Sequence record: OR493421.1
Reading direction: 5' to 3' (one strand)
Length of the DNA stretch: 64,000 bases
The position numbers were made by a program, and so were the translations under genes. The notes under the pieces were generated by a model. The model saw nothing but the letters and a program-made list of their open reading frames with translations. It did no database searches and was not told where the DNA came from. Positions 27,446 to 36,580 of the stretch are shown here, piece by piece. Position 1 is the first letter of the stretch; each line of letters begins with the position of its first letter.

Positions 27446-28083
27446 TCCTCCGACACCTCGATGTATTCTTCGATTTTGCCATCTTTAGCCACCCCACCAC
27501 GTTTGACTATTGATTCGATCAAAAGGTCTGTGCTAACGACGACGTCTTCTGGTTTAACTTCTTTAGCCAAATGTTTATCCATATAGGGGAGCATCAGTTT
27601 TACTAAACGTTCGTCTGTCCCGGACATGTTGTAGATGTCGCAGTGGCTAAAGAAATATCCGTAACCTATCAGCGTTTCCCGAGTGCAATCGGGGTCATTT
27701 TCAGCTTCGATGATACCATCTACCACAGTCTCTATTCTTTTATTGAACTGTCCCCCGAAGGATAACATTGTCTCCGCTTCCCATAAAGAGTCTGCGGTAG
27801 CCACAGAGATTCCATTAGGGGTATTGAAGAAACACCCAACCCATAAAGGCCAGTTCGTCTTAAGGCTGATCAAATGATCTAATAGAATTCTCCTGGCGGT
27901 ATGTACTTCCTTGCCCTGAGCGCCCAAGAAGAGCTTATTGGCGTTGACCGCCGTCGGTTTATAAAAAGACGCCCCGACAAAATAGAGCTCGTGATAGACT
28001 TTCTTAATGATTTCAGACAGACGTTTTTGTTCGAAAGTCATGCGGTTTTTTGTTGCGGGTTTCTTTTTACGTGGAGTTGCCAT
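27439..28083 (-). CDS. hypothetical protein
   Basis: 214-aa ORF. Confidence 0.75.
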   Translation of the reverse strand: MATPRKKKPATKNRMTFEQKRLSEIIKKVYHELYFVGASFYKPTAVNANKLFLGAQGKEVHTARRILLDHLISLKTNWPLWVGCFFNTPNGISVATADSLWEAETMLSFGGQFNKRIETVVDGIIEAENDPDCTRETLIGYGYFFSHCDIYNMSGTDERLVKLMLPYMDKHLAKEVKPEDVVVSTDLLIESIVKRGGVAKDGKIEEYIEVSEEW

Positions 28084-28125
28084 GGTGTTTATTCCTAAGA
28101 AATAAATAAAAAATAAAAGAGGGTT

Positions 28126-28153
28126 TTTGTGAGGCGGAATTCCGCCTCACAAA
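28126..28153 (-). terminator. 28-bp perfect palindrome, terminator-like
   Basis: TTTGTGAGGCGGAATTCCGCCTCACAAA. Confidence 0.75.
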
Positions 28154-28158
28154 TGAAA

Positions 28159-28557
28159 TCAGTAACCCTGGGGATGGAATACTGCCATAGTGGCGGCGGA
28201 AACCACCAGCCCCATTATTACGCTGATCAGCCAGAAGACGACCCACCAACGGCTATTACCGTTGCGTTTTTGTCGTTTATAGATATACACCGGAACGAAA
28301 AGGAACCAAAGCCAGTGAGGGACGAACGCACCTTGTGAAGCCAAGAATGCACGGTCGTGACAAAACCAGATCAGGAAGACGACAAAGGCGAAGATGAAAC
28401 CGATGGCCGGGTTCCAGCCCTGGATGGCGTTCATAACCGGCTGATAGGCCCAGATGAAGATCATGAAAGTTGGGGTCATCAGCTGCGGGAAAGCGCCTTT
28501 ATTAAAAGTCACTTTGCCGTTCATATCAGTAGTTGAGTTTTGAGAGATAGTAGACAT
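28159..28557 (-). CDS. membrane protein
   Basis: four hydrophobic segments; WFLFVPVYIYKR motif; host-like codons. Confidence 0.75.
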   Translation of the reverse strand: MSTISQNSTTDMNGKVTFNKGAFPQLMTPTFMIFIWAYQPVMNAIQGWNPAIGFIFAFVVFLIWFCHDRAFLASQGAFVPHWLWFLFVPVYIYKRQKRNGNSRWWVVFWLISVIMGLVVSAATMAVFHPQGY

Positions 28558-28587
28558 TTGTATTTTCCTAAAAGTGAGATGGAGAAA

Positions 28588-28612
28588 AATAGGGGGAAAC
28601 GTTCCCCCTATT
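28588..28612 (-). terminator. intrinsic terminator closing the three-gene secreted operon
   Basis: AATAGGGGGAA-ACG-TTCCCCCTATT then TTT on minus strand. Confidence 0.75.
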
Positions 28613-28631
28613 GAAGAAGTGCAGATGACGA

Positions 28632-29123
28632 TTACTGAATGCAGTTGATCACAATCTTGCCTTGGATGCGGGTTGTCCCGACCGGGAAGACCGACTGTTC
28701 CAGATTGATTTTCGGCGCCAGTTTGATCACGCGAGAATTGCTGGCCAACGCTTTAGCTTGAGCGGCGTCAGGCCACGCGTATTCCTGATCGTTGATGTAG
28801 ACCGACGTTTTGGTCTTATCGTTTACGCTCAGCAGGTTATCGCTGAAATCAAACCGGCCGGTGTTTTGAACCAGTTTGGCTTCGGTGATCTGCCAGTTGA
28901 CGTTTTGCGTGTTCGCGATCAGGGTGAAGGAAATCGCTTTGGATGTATTCGTCCCGCTTTCGTTAGCAGTAAGAATACCGCCTTCAACCGGGGTGCCGCC
29001 GGTGTAGTCGATCCCGCAGGTGATTTGGCTGTTGGTAAGAGACGCGTTCCATACCTGCTCAGAAGCGGCGTTGGCGAATGCTGTGGTAGACAGAAGAGCA
29101 ATGGCGATCATGATCTTTTTCAT
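28632..29123 (-). CDS. secreted pilin/fimbrial-subunit-like protein
   Basis: signal peptide, beta-rich 163 aa, Cys near each end, C-terminal FPVGTTRIQGKIVINC strand; strongly codon-adapted. Confidence 0.6.
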   Translation of the reverse strand: MKKIMIAIALLSTTAFANAASEQVWNASLTNSQITCGIDYTGGTPVEGGILTANESGTNTSKAISFTLIANTQNVNWQITEAKLVQNTGRFDFSDNLLSVNDKTKTSVYINDQEYAWPDAAQAKALASNSRVIKLAPKINLEQSVFPVGTTRIQGKIVINCIQ

Positions 29124-29168
29124 TTAGGAATTTTCCTGTTGGGTTGGTTGGTATAACGTTAAGGTTGG

Positions 29169-29564
29169 TTATTTGAAATCTAAAGCTCGCTGCTGTTGCA
29201 AGCGAAGGTTTTCTTCGGCAGCAGCAACAGCCATTTCACGCTGTTTTAATTCAACTTCTTTCATCTTCACGCCTAAGTCATAGAGGCGCGAGCAATCCGT
29301 CTTTACGGCAGATTCCCCGATAGGGATGGAGATGGATACGAACCCGCCTTTATCAGAATCTTCGTAACTGTAACGATTGCCGTTGTTACCGTAAGCTCCT
29401 ATATTAATAGTCGACTGTGGTTTAGAAGAATCGCAACTCACATCACCGACCTGTACTCGTTCAGAAGACGAGGCGGTGTTGTTAGTCATGTAGGGTGCGT
29501 CAGCTAACGCCAGGTTAGTGAAAAACGCTGCAATGAGGATGATGAGTGTTTTATACGCGAACAT
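29169..29564 (-). CDS. secreted protein with beta-hairpin and C-terminal coiled coil
   Basis: start moved to ATG 29564; signal peptide; VGDVSC...GGFVSISIPIG...DCSRLY then helical tail. Confidence 0.7.
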   Translation of the reverse strand: MFAYKTLIILIAAFFTNLALADAPYMTNNTASSSERVQVGDVSCDSSKPQSTINIGAYGNNGNRYSYEDSDKGGFVSISIPIGESAVKTDCSRLYDLGVKMKEVELKQREMAVAAAEENLRLQQQRALDFK

Positions 29565-29904
29565 CGAAGCATACCTTTCCGGTGAATTGCGAGTGGGCAT
29601 CAAGAGGCCAGGAGCAGATCTTGATGTGGTCGTTTTTAATGTACTTATTACTGATGGTCATTGGGAAAATGGCTTCCATGCCAGCCATCACGTACATCTT
29701 AACCGGATTCCCCTTACTGTCCACCTTAGTGACGTCTCCGACGCTAAACGCGTAGTAGTCGTTACGATCTGATTTTAACCGCATGTTGATCAGAGTCGTT
29801 TCGTAACCACGGATATTGACTTGGTCCACCGGTCCAAACAAGTGGGCTCGGGCCGGGGTTGTTGCCAGAAAGAACAGGATGATGAGACCTAAAATGTTTT
29901 TCAC
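29551..29904 (-). CDS. secreted small Ig-like/chaperone-like protein
   Basis: signal peptide (PARA-H), beta-rich, ICS...KVC disulfide pair. Confidence 0.65.
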   Translation of the reverse strand: MKNILGLIILFFLATTPARAHLFGPVDQVNIRGYETTLINMRLKSDRNDYYAFSVGDVTKVDSKGNPVKMYVMAGMEAIFPMTISNKYIKNDHIKICSWPLDAHSQFTGKVCFDVRV

Positions 29905-29917
29905 GGTGATACCTTTG

Positions 29918-30265
29918 TTATTCGGCTAAAAGGATGGCCTGGATTAATCGATGTTTATACAACTGCCGGGATAGCCAGCGGATGCGTTCTTTAGCTTCGG
30001 TTTGTTGAGCGATGAGACTGAGGTCGTGCCGATCCGCCAGGTAAACTGCGTTCCCTACGACATAGTCGGTACGCTGAGATTGATGCGGGCGGTCATCGTC
30101 ATCATACCACCCACCGAAAGGATCTTGCTTTCCTTCGGTCATCCAATCCGCGTGCCGTTTATCAGCGATCTCGAGGCCGAGACGTTTCACTTCCGCTTCC
30201 AACCAAACAAACTGTTCGGTCGGTGTTTTGGTAGAGAGTAGATCGTTAAGTTCTTTATACGTCAT
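29918..30265 (-). CDS. hypothetical protein
   Basis: 115-aa ORF. Confidence 0.7.
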   Translation of the reverse strand: MTYKELNDLLSTKTPTEQFVWLEAEVKRLGLEIADKRHADWMTEGKQDPFGGWYDDDDRPHQSQRTDYVVGNAVYLADRHDLSLIAQQTEAKERIRWLSRQLYKHRLIQAILLAE

Positions 30266-30279
30266 CTTAATCTTCTCAG

Positions 30280-30738
30280 TTAAAATTGGTTACGGATGTC
30301 GCTTATGGTTCCGCTACCTACCAGTGGAATGTTAACGATCTTTTTACCATTGGTATCGGTAACGTTAACCCAACCCACATCTTTAGCTTCGTTGAAGTAA
30401 GATTTAGCCCCGACGTAATAAAGCACATTACCATTTTTGATAATGACTTGTTCGCCGCTGGTGTTGTCGGTGTCTTCAACCTGAGCCCTTACATCGCGAA
30501 CGTTGACTTTAAGATACAGCTCGGGTTTCTGACCGATCTTACCGTAGGAGTAAAAGACATCATTGTCCCAACGGCAGACGAGAACTTCTTTATGTCCTTT
30601 TTCAGTTTGACCGTAAAAGACGATATCGCCTGGGGCGCAACGATCACCTACAACGTCCAGAGGATCCACCATCCCCATTGCGCCAGCAAATACGGAAGCG
30701 GAAAAGAAAGAGAGTAAAACTAAAACGATGCTTTTCAT
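30280..30738 (-). CDS. secreted/periplasmic protein
   Basis: signal peptide (ASVFA); C...F...T..G.KEVLVC...YSYGK...PEL motif. Confidence 0.75.
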   Translation of the reverse strand: MKSIVLVLLSFFSASVFAGAMGMVDPLDVVGDRCAPGDIVFYGQTEKGHKEVLVCRWDNDVFYSYGKIGQKPELYLKVNVRDVRAQVEDTDNTSGEQVIIKNGNVLYYVGAKSYFNEAKDVGWVNVTDTNGKKIVNIPLVGSGTISDIRNQF

Positions 30739-30767
30739 TGGATGTTCCTTTCAAAAGTTAGGTTTGG

Positions 30768-31145
30768 TTATTTCTTAATAACAAAATACGGCATTCCGCC
30801 TGGGAGGACGGACCACATTTCGCGCGGTAGAACGTATTCTACTTTATCTATGGCGATTCCCAGACCCATTAGTCGTTCGATGGTTGGGTGTTCTGCCCAG
30901 TGGTTTCCCTCTTTATCCATACAAGCTTCGAGGAAACTCCACCCGCCTCCTTTCTCTTCCTGAAATTTCTCAGGAAGCTCCATGAGAAAAGAAACGATAC
31001 TTTCTTTGTTTTCAATAAGTTTAGCGGGATCGAAGATAAAGACCCCTACGATGCCCACTACGACCTTTACGTCGGGATCTTCTTCTGATTCAGCCAAACA
31101 GTCACAAAATAAATCATTTACCGCTGAAGATGATAACTTAGACAT
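30768..31145 (-). CDS. conserved phage hypothetical protein
   Basis: GGWSFLEAC.D..G..W..H motif. Confidence 0.8.
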   Translation of the reverse strand: MSKLSSSAVNDLFCDCLAESEEDPDVKVVVGIVGVFIFDPAKLIENKESIVSFLMELPEKFQEEKGGGWSFLEACMDKEGNHWAEHPTIERLMGLGIAIDKVEYVLPREMWSVLPGGMPYFVIKK

Positions 31146-31171
31146 GATGTTAATTCCTAAAGAAAAACGGA

Positions 31172-31564
31172 TTATTTAAAGAAGGGATGGTCTCCGCCGG
31201 GATGTTTAACCGTTGTCTTTTTCTCATGGATATCCCAAACCAGGAGAAGGTGTTGGTGAGTGGGGGTATTGAGTAAATCAAAAGCACTGACCCGACCGGA
31301 CGTTTTACCCTCGATCGCACGAACGATCAATTCGACTTCTTCACCGACTTCGGGAAATTCGTCAGCCACCAACCCCAACCAGGTGATTAGGGTTTCCGGG
31401 TTATTCCACTTTATTTCGCAACGTGGGTAAAACCAATTGGTTTCATCAAAGATAAATAGCGGAGCTAAATCTTTGAGGGCCTTATGACGCGGATAATTTT
31501 GGATTCTGTTGACGATCAGACCCAGACGAGTCACACAGCCCATTGTTAAATCGACAGTAACCAT
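31172..31564 (-). CDS. hypothetical protein (paralog of 35189..35554)
   Basis: RLG...KDLAP...WLGLVADEFPEVGEEV. Confidence 0.7.
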   Translation of the reverse strand: MVTVDLTMGCVTRLGLIVNRIQNYPRHKALKDLAPLFIFDETNWFYPRCEIKWNNPETLITWLGLVADEFPEVGEEVELIVRAIEGKTSGRVSAFDLLNTPTHQHLLLVWDIHEKKTTVKHPGGDHPFFK

Positions 31565-31589
31565 TTCAATCTCCCGTGATATAAATATT

Positions 31590-32054
31590 TTAGACTCTTA
31601 CATTCGATCTGTTAATACGGTTAATGTCCGAAGAACCACAAAGATCGCTTCCTGCATACAGCCCGTACGCCAAGGTAATTTTCTTAGGTCGCTTATAAGA
31701 AGGAACGTTTTCAAGAGAAGCAAAACGGACGCTTAACTCAGCTTTAGGGAGTTCAACGTCGATCAGAGAAGCGTCTTCCAAAATAGGGTCGAGAAGAACA
31801 ACATTATGGATTTGAACGTTACCTGATAGGTCAAACCCTTCTTTACAGAAGAAAGTGTTTTCTCCCTTGATTCTCAGCAACAGATTACCGTAAATAAAGG
31901 CGTTCTGAATTTCAGAACGGATGGTCGCTCCTTTTAAATCACCGAGGCATTTAATTTTCAAGATCCCATCATGGCGAGTATCTTTAAGAATCACCTCGTC
32001 ATCAGAACAAGAAACGATTTCGATATAAGTCTTAGCTTCAAAAATATCGGACAT
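31590..32054 (-). CDS. hypothetical protein
   Basis: 154-aa ORF. Confidence 0.7.
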   Translation of the reverse strand: MSDIFEAKTYIEIVSCSDDEVILKDTRHDGILKIKCLGDLKGATIRSEIQNAFIYGNLLLRIKGENTFFCKEGFDLSGNVQIHNVVLLDPILEDASLIDVELPKAELSVRFASLENVPSYKRPKKITLAYGLYAGSDLCGSSDINRINRSNVRV

Positions 32055-32075
32055 GGCGTGGTTTCCTAATTTATC

Positions 32076-32097
32076 AATCGGGAGTTTCCTCCCGATT
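32076..32097 (-). terminator. hairpin terminator
   Basis: AATCGGGAG-TTTC-CTCCCGATT. Confidence 0.65.
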
Positions 32098-32100
32098 AAG

Positions 32101-32415
32101 TTATTTCGTTTCTGGGAAAGTGGTTTCGATAAAGTGTTTTACTTTATCGTACCCGTGTTCAGGACAGGAGAACTGACAGCGATCAGGTTTCTTTTCACCC
32201 CAGATCCAAACCTGCCAGGTAGCGTGATCTTTGAAGATTTCGAATTCGCCGTCGTCGAACGCACCTTTGATGTAAAGATTACCCAAAAGATAACTGTAAG
32301 AAAACACCATATCGTTGGTGCTTACTTTTCGACTGGTGATGAAGGTCTCGGGATTAAACCGATCGTTTTTAACCCGTTCTACCGTGTCGATAATAGTCGT
32401 GAGTTGCGAGTGCAT
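32101..32415 (-). CDS. hypothetical protein
   Basis: 104-aa ORF. Confidence 0.7.
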   Translation of the reverse strand: MHSQLTTIIDTVERVKNDRFNPETFITSRKVSTNDMVFSYSYLLGNLYIKGAFDDGEFEIFKDHATWQVWIWGEKKPDRCQFSCPEHGYDKVKHFIETTFPETK

Positions 32416-32427
32416 TTTTCGTTTCCT

Positions 32428-32883
32428 TTAAAAGAAAGCCAGATCATCAGAGAAGCGACGTTTGCGCCCCAGTTTATACTGCTCGAATCCATCCGGAGTC
32501 ATCACCTCTTTGAGACACTCATCCTGAATGGTCATTGTGGAATGGGTGGGGTGGGTCCAGATAAGTCCTTTGTTGTCCGCCACGCAAAGGATGACGTCAT
32601 CCTTAACCCCGATTACGCAGGAATTGCCGTCAACCAACCCCGTCATGTGTTTAATGACGAAAACACCGTTAAGCTTAGTCGGTTTATCAGAACTGGTTTC
32701 ATCCAGCTTAACGTGTTTGAGAATCCCGTCCGGGTTATCAAGGACGTAATCCGCCCCGGTACCGTAAAGTTTGCGATTGAACCCCACGTTGGTGTAAGTG
32801 CAAGGTTTATCCTTATAAGTCAGAATCCCACAGATGGCGGAAATAGAAGAAGATTTAATAACGATGTTTTTCAGTAATGGCAT
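32428..32883 (-). CDS. hypothetical protein
   Basis: 151 aa, AGGGAA RBS. Confidence 0.7.
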   Translation of the reverse strand: MPLLKNIVIKSSSISAICGILTYKDKPCTYTNVGFNRKLYGTGADYVLDNPDGILKHVKLDETSSDKPTKLNGVFVIKHMTGLVDGNSCVIGVKDDVILCVADNKGLIWTHPTHSTMTIQDECLKEVMTPDGFEQYKLGRKRRFSDDLAFF

Positions 32884-32910
32884 GATGCGTTTCCCTAAAT
32901 AAAGTTGATG

Positions 32911-33606
32911 TTAGTTTTTACGATAGATATCGATTCGATCGTAAGTTCCATCCCACCGAATAAAATGTTCCAGTAAGAATTTTTCTTCTATTAACTCGAA
33001 GCGTTCATCCAGGATCCTGTCTTGAAGAGGACCTCCGGTACACCCGTCATGCTCCCCGATCAAAATAAGGATCTGACCGGGTTTCATATTTAGCAACGCT
33101 TTATCCGCATTGCGAGGCCAGACCATTAAGATGACGTCGTAATAATCAAATGACAGTTCGTTATAATCTCCATTGACGTATGATGAGAATAAATGATATT
33201 TCTCTGAACTGGTGATCTTAGAACCCAGATACTCGTTAGCCAAATTGGATTCTTTACCCAGATCATATCCGGTTACATCGACCCTCCTTGCTTTTAAACA
33301 AGATAATAAATATCCGGCACCGGGTCCCAATTCGGCCACCTTACGGTCTCCGATATAGTCGGCGAGTCCGTCGACAATCTCTTTAGTAACAACCGCCCAG
33401 TGTACCGATAATTTCACACATCTTTTAAAATCATCGAGCACTAACCAATTCTCATCGTCAAGAGCAGTTAATGATCTAAACTGTTCGGAAGTCAACAACG
33501 ATTGAGTGGTGAACGTGTGGTCGATCAGTGTGGTTTTAGCATCTTCTGAAAGCGCTCTTATCCTCACTCCGTTGTCGAGCATTTCGACAAACACATTTCT
33601 TTTCAT
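32911..33606 (-). CDS. class I SAM-dependent methyltransferase-like protein
   Basis: VAELGPGAGY, DVTGYD, ILMVWP and LIGEHDGCTG motifs. Confidence 0.8.
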   Translation of the reverse strand: MKRNVFVEMLDNGVRIRALSEDAKTTLIDHTFTTQSLLTSEQFRSLTALDDENWLVLDDFKRCVKLSVHWAVVTKEIVDGLADYIGDRKVAELGPGAGYLLSCLKARRVDVTGYDLGKESNLANEYLGSKITSSEKYHLFSSYVNGDYNELSFDYYDVILMVWPRNADKALLNMKPGQILILIGEHDGCTGGPLQDRILDERFELIEEKFLLEHFIRWDGTYDRIDIYRKN

Positions 33607-33615
33607 CGTCGTCCC

Positions 33616-34032
33616 TTAATAAGAACAATTGGTGTACATTTTCACATCAACAGCTCTCGATGCTACACTACCTTTAAAGCTATCCAGAGTGACGTTATCT
33701 TTGTACTTCGCAACAATAACCGAATCAATTGTACGTCCGTTAAACCCAAACCAGTACGCGTACTTACCCTTATAACCCATACGGATGGTGAGGCCTTTCT
33801 CATCTTTGCCTAAGGCGTAAGTGGTGATTGAGAAGTCATCCGATTTACCATCAATCTTGGTTAAGATGTCCGTTGATCGACTGTAGTCGAAACTATACGT
33901 TCCGGGAATAACCTCTGTGGGAGTCGTTCCCTTTGCATTATCGAGATGGTTTAGCGTCCTACATACGAAATCTTCAGCAAAGGAAGAGAAAGAGAAAACG
34001 AACAGAGAGAGGGCGATAAAGATATTTTTCAT
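33616..34032 (-). CDS. secreted protein
   Basis: signal peptide (FSSFA-E), terminal Cys pair. Confidence 0.75.
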   Translation of the reverse strand: MKNIFIALSLFVFSFSSFAEDFVCRTLNHLDNAKGTTPTEVIPGTYSFDYSRSTDILTKIDGKSDDFSITTYALGKDEKGLTIRMGYKGKYAYWFGFNGRTIDSVIVAKYKDNVTLDSFKGSVASRAVDVKMYTNCSY

Positions 34033-34071
34033 GATGTGGGTTTCCTAAATTTGCATTCCGTATTAAAAAAG

Positions 34072-34095
34072 ACCGAGGACTTCCATTTCCTCGGT
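34072..34095 (-). terminator. hairpin with T-tract
   Basis: ACCGAGGA...TCCTCGGT then CTTTTTT on minus strand. Confidence 0.55.
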
Positions 34096-34144
34096 TAGGA
34101 AAAAACAACCATATAAGGTCAACAGTTGTTTTAGTTTACGCTTT

Positions 34145-34158
34145 GATAATAAAGATCT
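34145..34158 (-). promoter_or_regulatory. putative early promoter motif
   Basis: AGATCTTTATTATC on minus strand. Confidence 0.5.
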
Positions 34159-34190
34159 ATAAATAAATACAAGTAAAAAATAATAAGGTT

Positions 34191-34225
34191 TATACTCCTA
34201 CTCCCTTATCGGGAGTAGGAGTATA
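34191..34225 (-). terminator. repeated long-stem hairpin (TACTCC family), copy 2
   Basis: TATACTCCTACTCCC-TTATC-GGGAGTAGGAGTATA. Confidence 0.8.
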
Positions 34226-34227
34226 GG

Positions 34228-35103
34228 TTAAACGATTGTTAGGGCGTGTTCTAACCCAGAAATAATTTCATTTCTTTCTTCATCTGTTTCAAAATTTAAA
34301 CGGATCGCTTGAGGATAAGGTCCGACTTCACTCATAATCGTGAGCTGGTGTCGATCAAAGTTTTCTTTACGAGGGGCTTTTATCAAGGAGCAGACAAAAA
34401 CGTACTTCCCTGCCAGCTCTTTGATGTGACCTTTCCGATTACCTAACATTGGTTTAGATTGGAGCGTTTCGATAATCAACTCCAAGATGTCTTTACCGGT
34501 AGTACCAGAAATAATCATCGAGAATTGGGTTCTGTTAGAAATCACCAGCTCCTTGTGGGATCCTTGACTATCTCTTACGGTAATGGTCGTCAACGGATTG
34601 GACATGTTTCCTTGCCGAGCTAGAACTTTAAGGAAGTTGCCGGAGTCTCGATGAAGCAACAACATTCTGTTTAGCGGATCAAGGGCAGAGTGATCTATTA
34701 TCCCGGTGGATTCCCACTGGAGAATGAAAGGGTGCCAGAGTGATATCGTTTCAAGAATCTCAGTAAGATTGATCCTTGGGTCTCTATCCCCGCCCACTTT
34801 TATCGTCGTTCCTTTAAAAGAAATGTTAACCCGTTTTTCTTTCAGGTTTTCTACTACGACATATTGAAGTTTAGGTGCGTTAGGATTAAATCCTGGTATA
34901 ATTCCGTGCACAAACTCACGGATGGTTTGTGTGAATGTTCTAATTTCATCCGGTAAGATTAAGAACCGGTTATCGTACCTATCTGAGATCATGATCGACG
35001 CAGTGAGACGTTCTACTCGATCATCTGCGTTGAGTCTGAGAGACATCACTACGCCAGAATAGATATCGATAGCACGGATGCATTCGTGAATATTTCTTAA
35101 CAT
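34228..35103 (-). CDS. hypothetical protein
   Basis: 291 aa, GAGGAA RBS. Confidence 0.8.
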   Translation of the reverse strand: MLRNIHECIRAIDIYSGVVMSLRLNADDRVERLTASIMISDRYDNRFLILPDEIRTFTQTIREFVHGIIPGFNPNAPKLQYVVVENLKEKRVNISFKGTTIKVGGDRDPRINLTEILETISLWHPFILQWESTGIIDHSALDPLNRMLLLHRDSGNFLKVLARQGNMSNPLTTITVRDSQGSHKELVISNRTQFSMIISGTTGKDILELIIETLQSKPMLGNRKGHIKELAGKYVFVCSLIKAPRKENFDRHQLTIMSEVGPYPQAIRLNFETDEERNEIISGLEHALTIV

Positions 35104-35188
35104 GTTTATTCCTCGTTGAGTTTAGTTAGTTGACTCTAAACAGCACTAAGCTGTGTTGACGACATCCTTGTCTGGGTATTACTGCAGA

Positions 35189-35554
35189 TCAAAATACAGA
35201 AGGAGGTAAGAAATCTTTGTTCAATGGAGACCACCGCCAAAGTAAAGAGGGTTTACGATCCTGCAGTATTTTACGCATGTCGTAAAAACCACCTTTACTG
35301 TTTCCGATTTCTTTAAGAAGTAAACCGATCTCTTCTTCAATAACCGGATAAGTTTCTTTGACGAGCTCCAGCCACGCTTTGATTTCCTCTCCTTTCTCTG
35401 TGAAGAGATTAACACCATGTTCCCCACCAGAATAATACGTCTCACTATTCTTAGGGGCGAGGTCTCTGAGATCTTTGTTGGCGTAAGAGAAATACTCTCG
35501 TTCAAACCACCAACCAAGGCGGCAGTATTGGTTGACAATAAGTCGTACTATCAT
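35189..35554 (-). CDS. hypothetical protein (paralog of 31172..31564)
   Basis: RLG...RDLAP...WLELVKETYPVIEEEI. Confidence 0.7.
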   Translation of the reverse strand: MIVRLIVNQYCRLGWWFEREYFSYANKDLRDLAPKNSETYYSGGEHGVNLFTEKGEEIKAWLELVKETYPVIEEEIGLLLKEIGNSKGGFYDMRKILQDRKPSLLWRWSPLNKDFLPPSVF

Positions 35555-35557
35555 TTT

Positions 35558-36118
35558 TTATTTCCTAAATTCCATGATGTCGTAAGGAACCGAGGTAGCC
35601 GGCTGGGGAAACACCCGGCCCTCCGATACAATGCCAGGACTTAGGTCGGCAGGAGAGATTACTTTCCCGTTGTAGATTTTACAAAGAGCCTCGTAAAAAC
35701 TGAAAATGCTTTCAGGATACATTCCAGCATCAGAAAACCCAACAACTTCGACGATGTTCGTCGAAGGGGCCTGGGGGATTGGAGGGGCGAAGTAGTTCGG
35801 ATACAGTTGTTGGAAGTCAGGAAACCCATTAGGTCCTCCGGTGATAATCACCGCCCTTACCCTGAGGTTATCGTCCAAAACGACCATAACTTTATCAAGG
35901 TAATGGACGCGGAAATCGAATTCCTTAGCCGCTGCTTCAACCTCGATTTCTACTTCATTTTTCCCGGCAGTGATCTGAGTAGGGATGAAATGGATGGAGG
36001 ATTTCACCATTGCATTTTGGTCGGTGGCCAGTACGATAAGGCCGGTTTTCAGAATATTTGAATTGTGCTGGATAACAGACTGGTGCATGAGATCGGCAAC
36101 GCGTTTAATGTCGTTCAT
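35558..36118 (-). CDS. hypothetical protein
   Basis: 186-aa ORF. Confidence 0.75.
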   Translation of the reverse strand: MNDIKRVADLMHQSVIQHNSNILKTGLIVLATDQNAMVKSSIHFIPTQITAGKNEVEIEVEAAAKEFDFRVHYLDKVMVVLDDNLRVRAVIITGGPNGFPDFQQLYPNYFAPPIPQAPSTNIVEVVGFSDAGMYPESIFSFYEALCKIYNGKVISPADLSPGIVSEGRVFPQPATSVPYDIMEFRK

Positions 36119-36145
36119 GATACTAACTCCTAAAGGTTGGATTGA

Positions 36146-36580
36146 TTAACAGTATTGTAAAGAGGTTGCGAACGCCTCGTGCAAAGAAAATTGACGATTC
36201 TCATCGAAGGAGACGATTACTCCGGTGTAACGTTCGACCAGCGCATTGAAGTCTTTCGTGTCGATATTATCAACAACCAGTTTCAAGGTGTCGGCTTCGT
36301 CATTGACGGCTTCAATATGGAGTGTATGTCGTTTTACCACGTGGGTTTTGAACCCACGACTGATTCTTTCTTCGGAGACGGTTATCAGTGCCTCAAAATA
36401 ACTAAGGCCACCTTCGTAGTTTTCCCTTTCAAGATAACCACCAACAAGGCTTTCGACCAGTCCTTCACTGACCTCGTTATTCTCTAAAAACCCTTCCTTG
36501 TCGAAAGACGTGGAGCTACACCCAGACAAATGACCTTCAGAAATATAAAAGCTATCTTGTTTTTCGATTTCCCGTTCCAT
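36146..36580 (-). CDS. acidic hypothetical protein
   Basis: start moved to ATG 36580 (TAATG overlap, GGAGG RBS). Confidence 0.7.
   Translation of the reverse strand: MEREIEKQDSFYISEGHLSGCSSTSFDKEGFLENNEVSEGLVESLVGGYLERENYEGGLSYFEALITVSEERISRGFKTHVVKRHTLHIEAVNDEADTLKLVVDNIDTKDFNALVERYTGVIVSFDENRQFSLHEAFATSLQYC

Noticed and set aside
28662-29156. 164-aa plus-strand ORF opposite the pilin-like gene
   Set aside because: strong codon bias in the real gene removes antisense stops; no independent signal
32053-32877. 274-aa plus-strand ORF spanning two minus-strand genes
   Set aside because: antisense shadow: F/V/I-rich composition, no RBS, and it fully overlaps two genes with good RBSs in a uniformly minus-strand region
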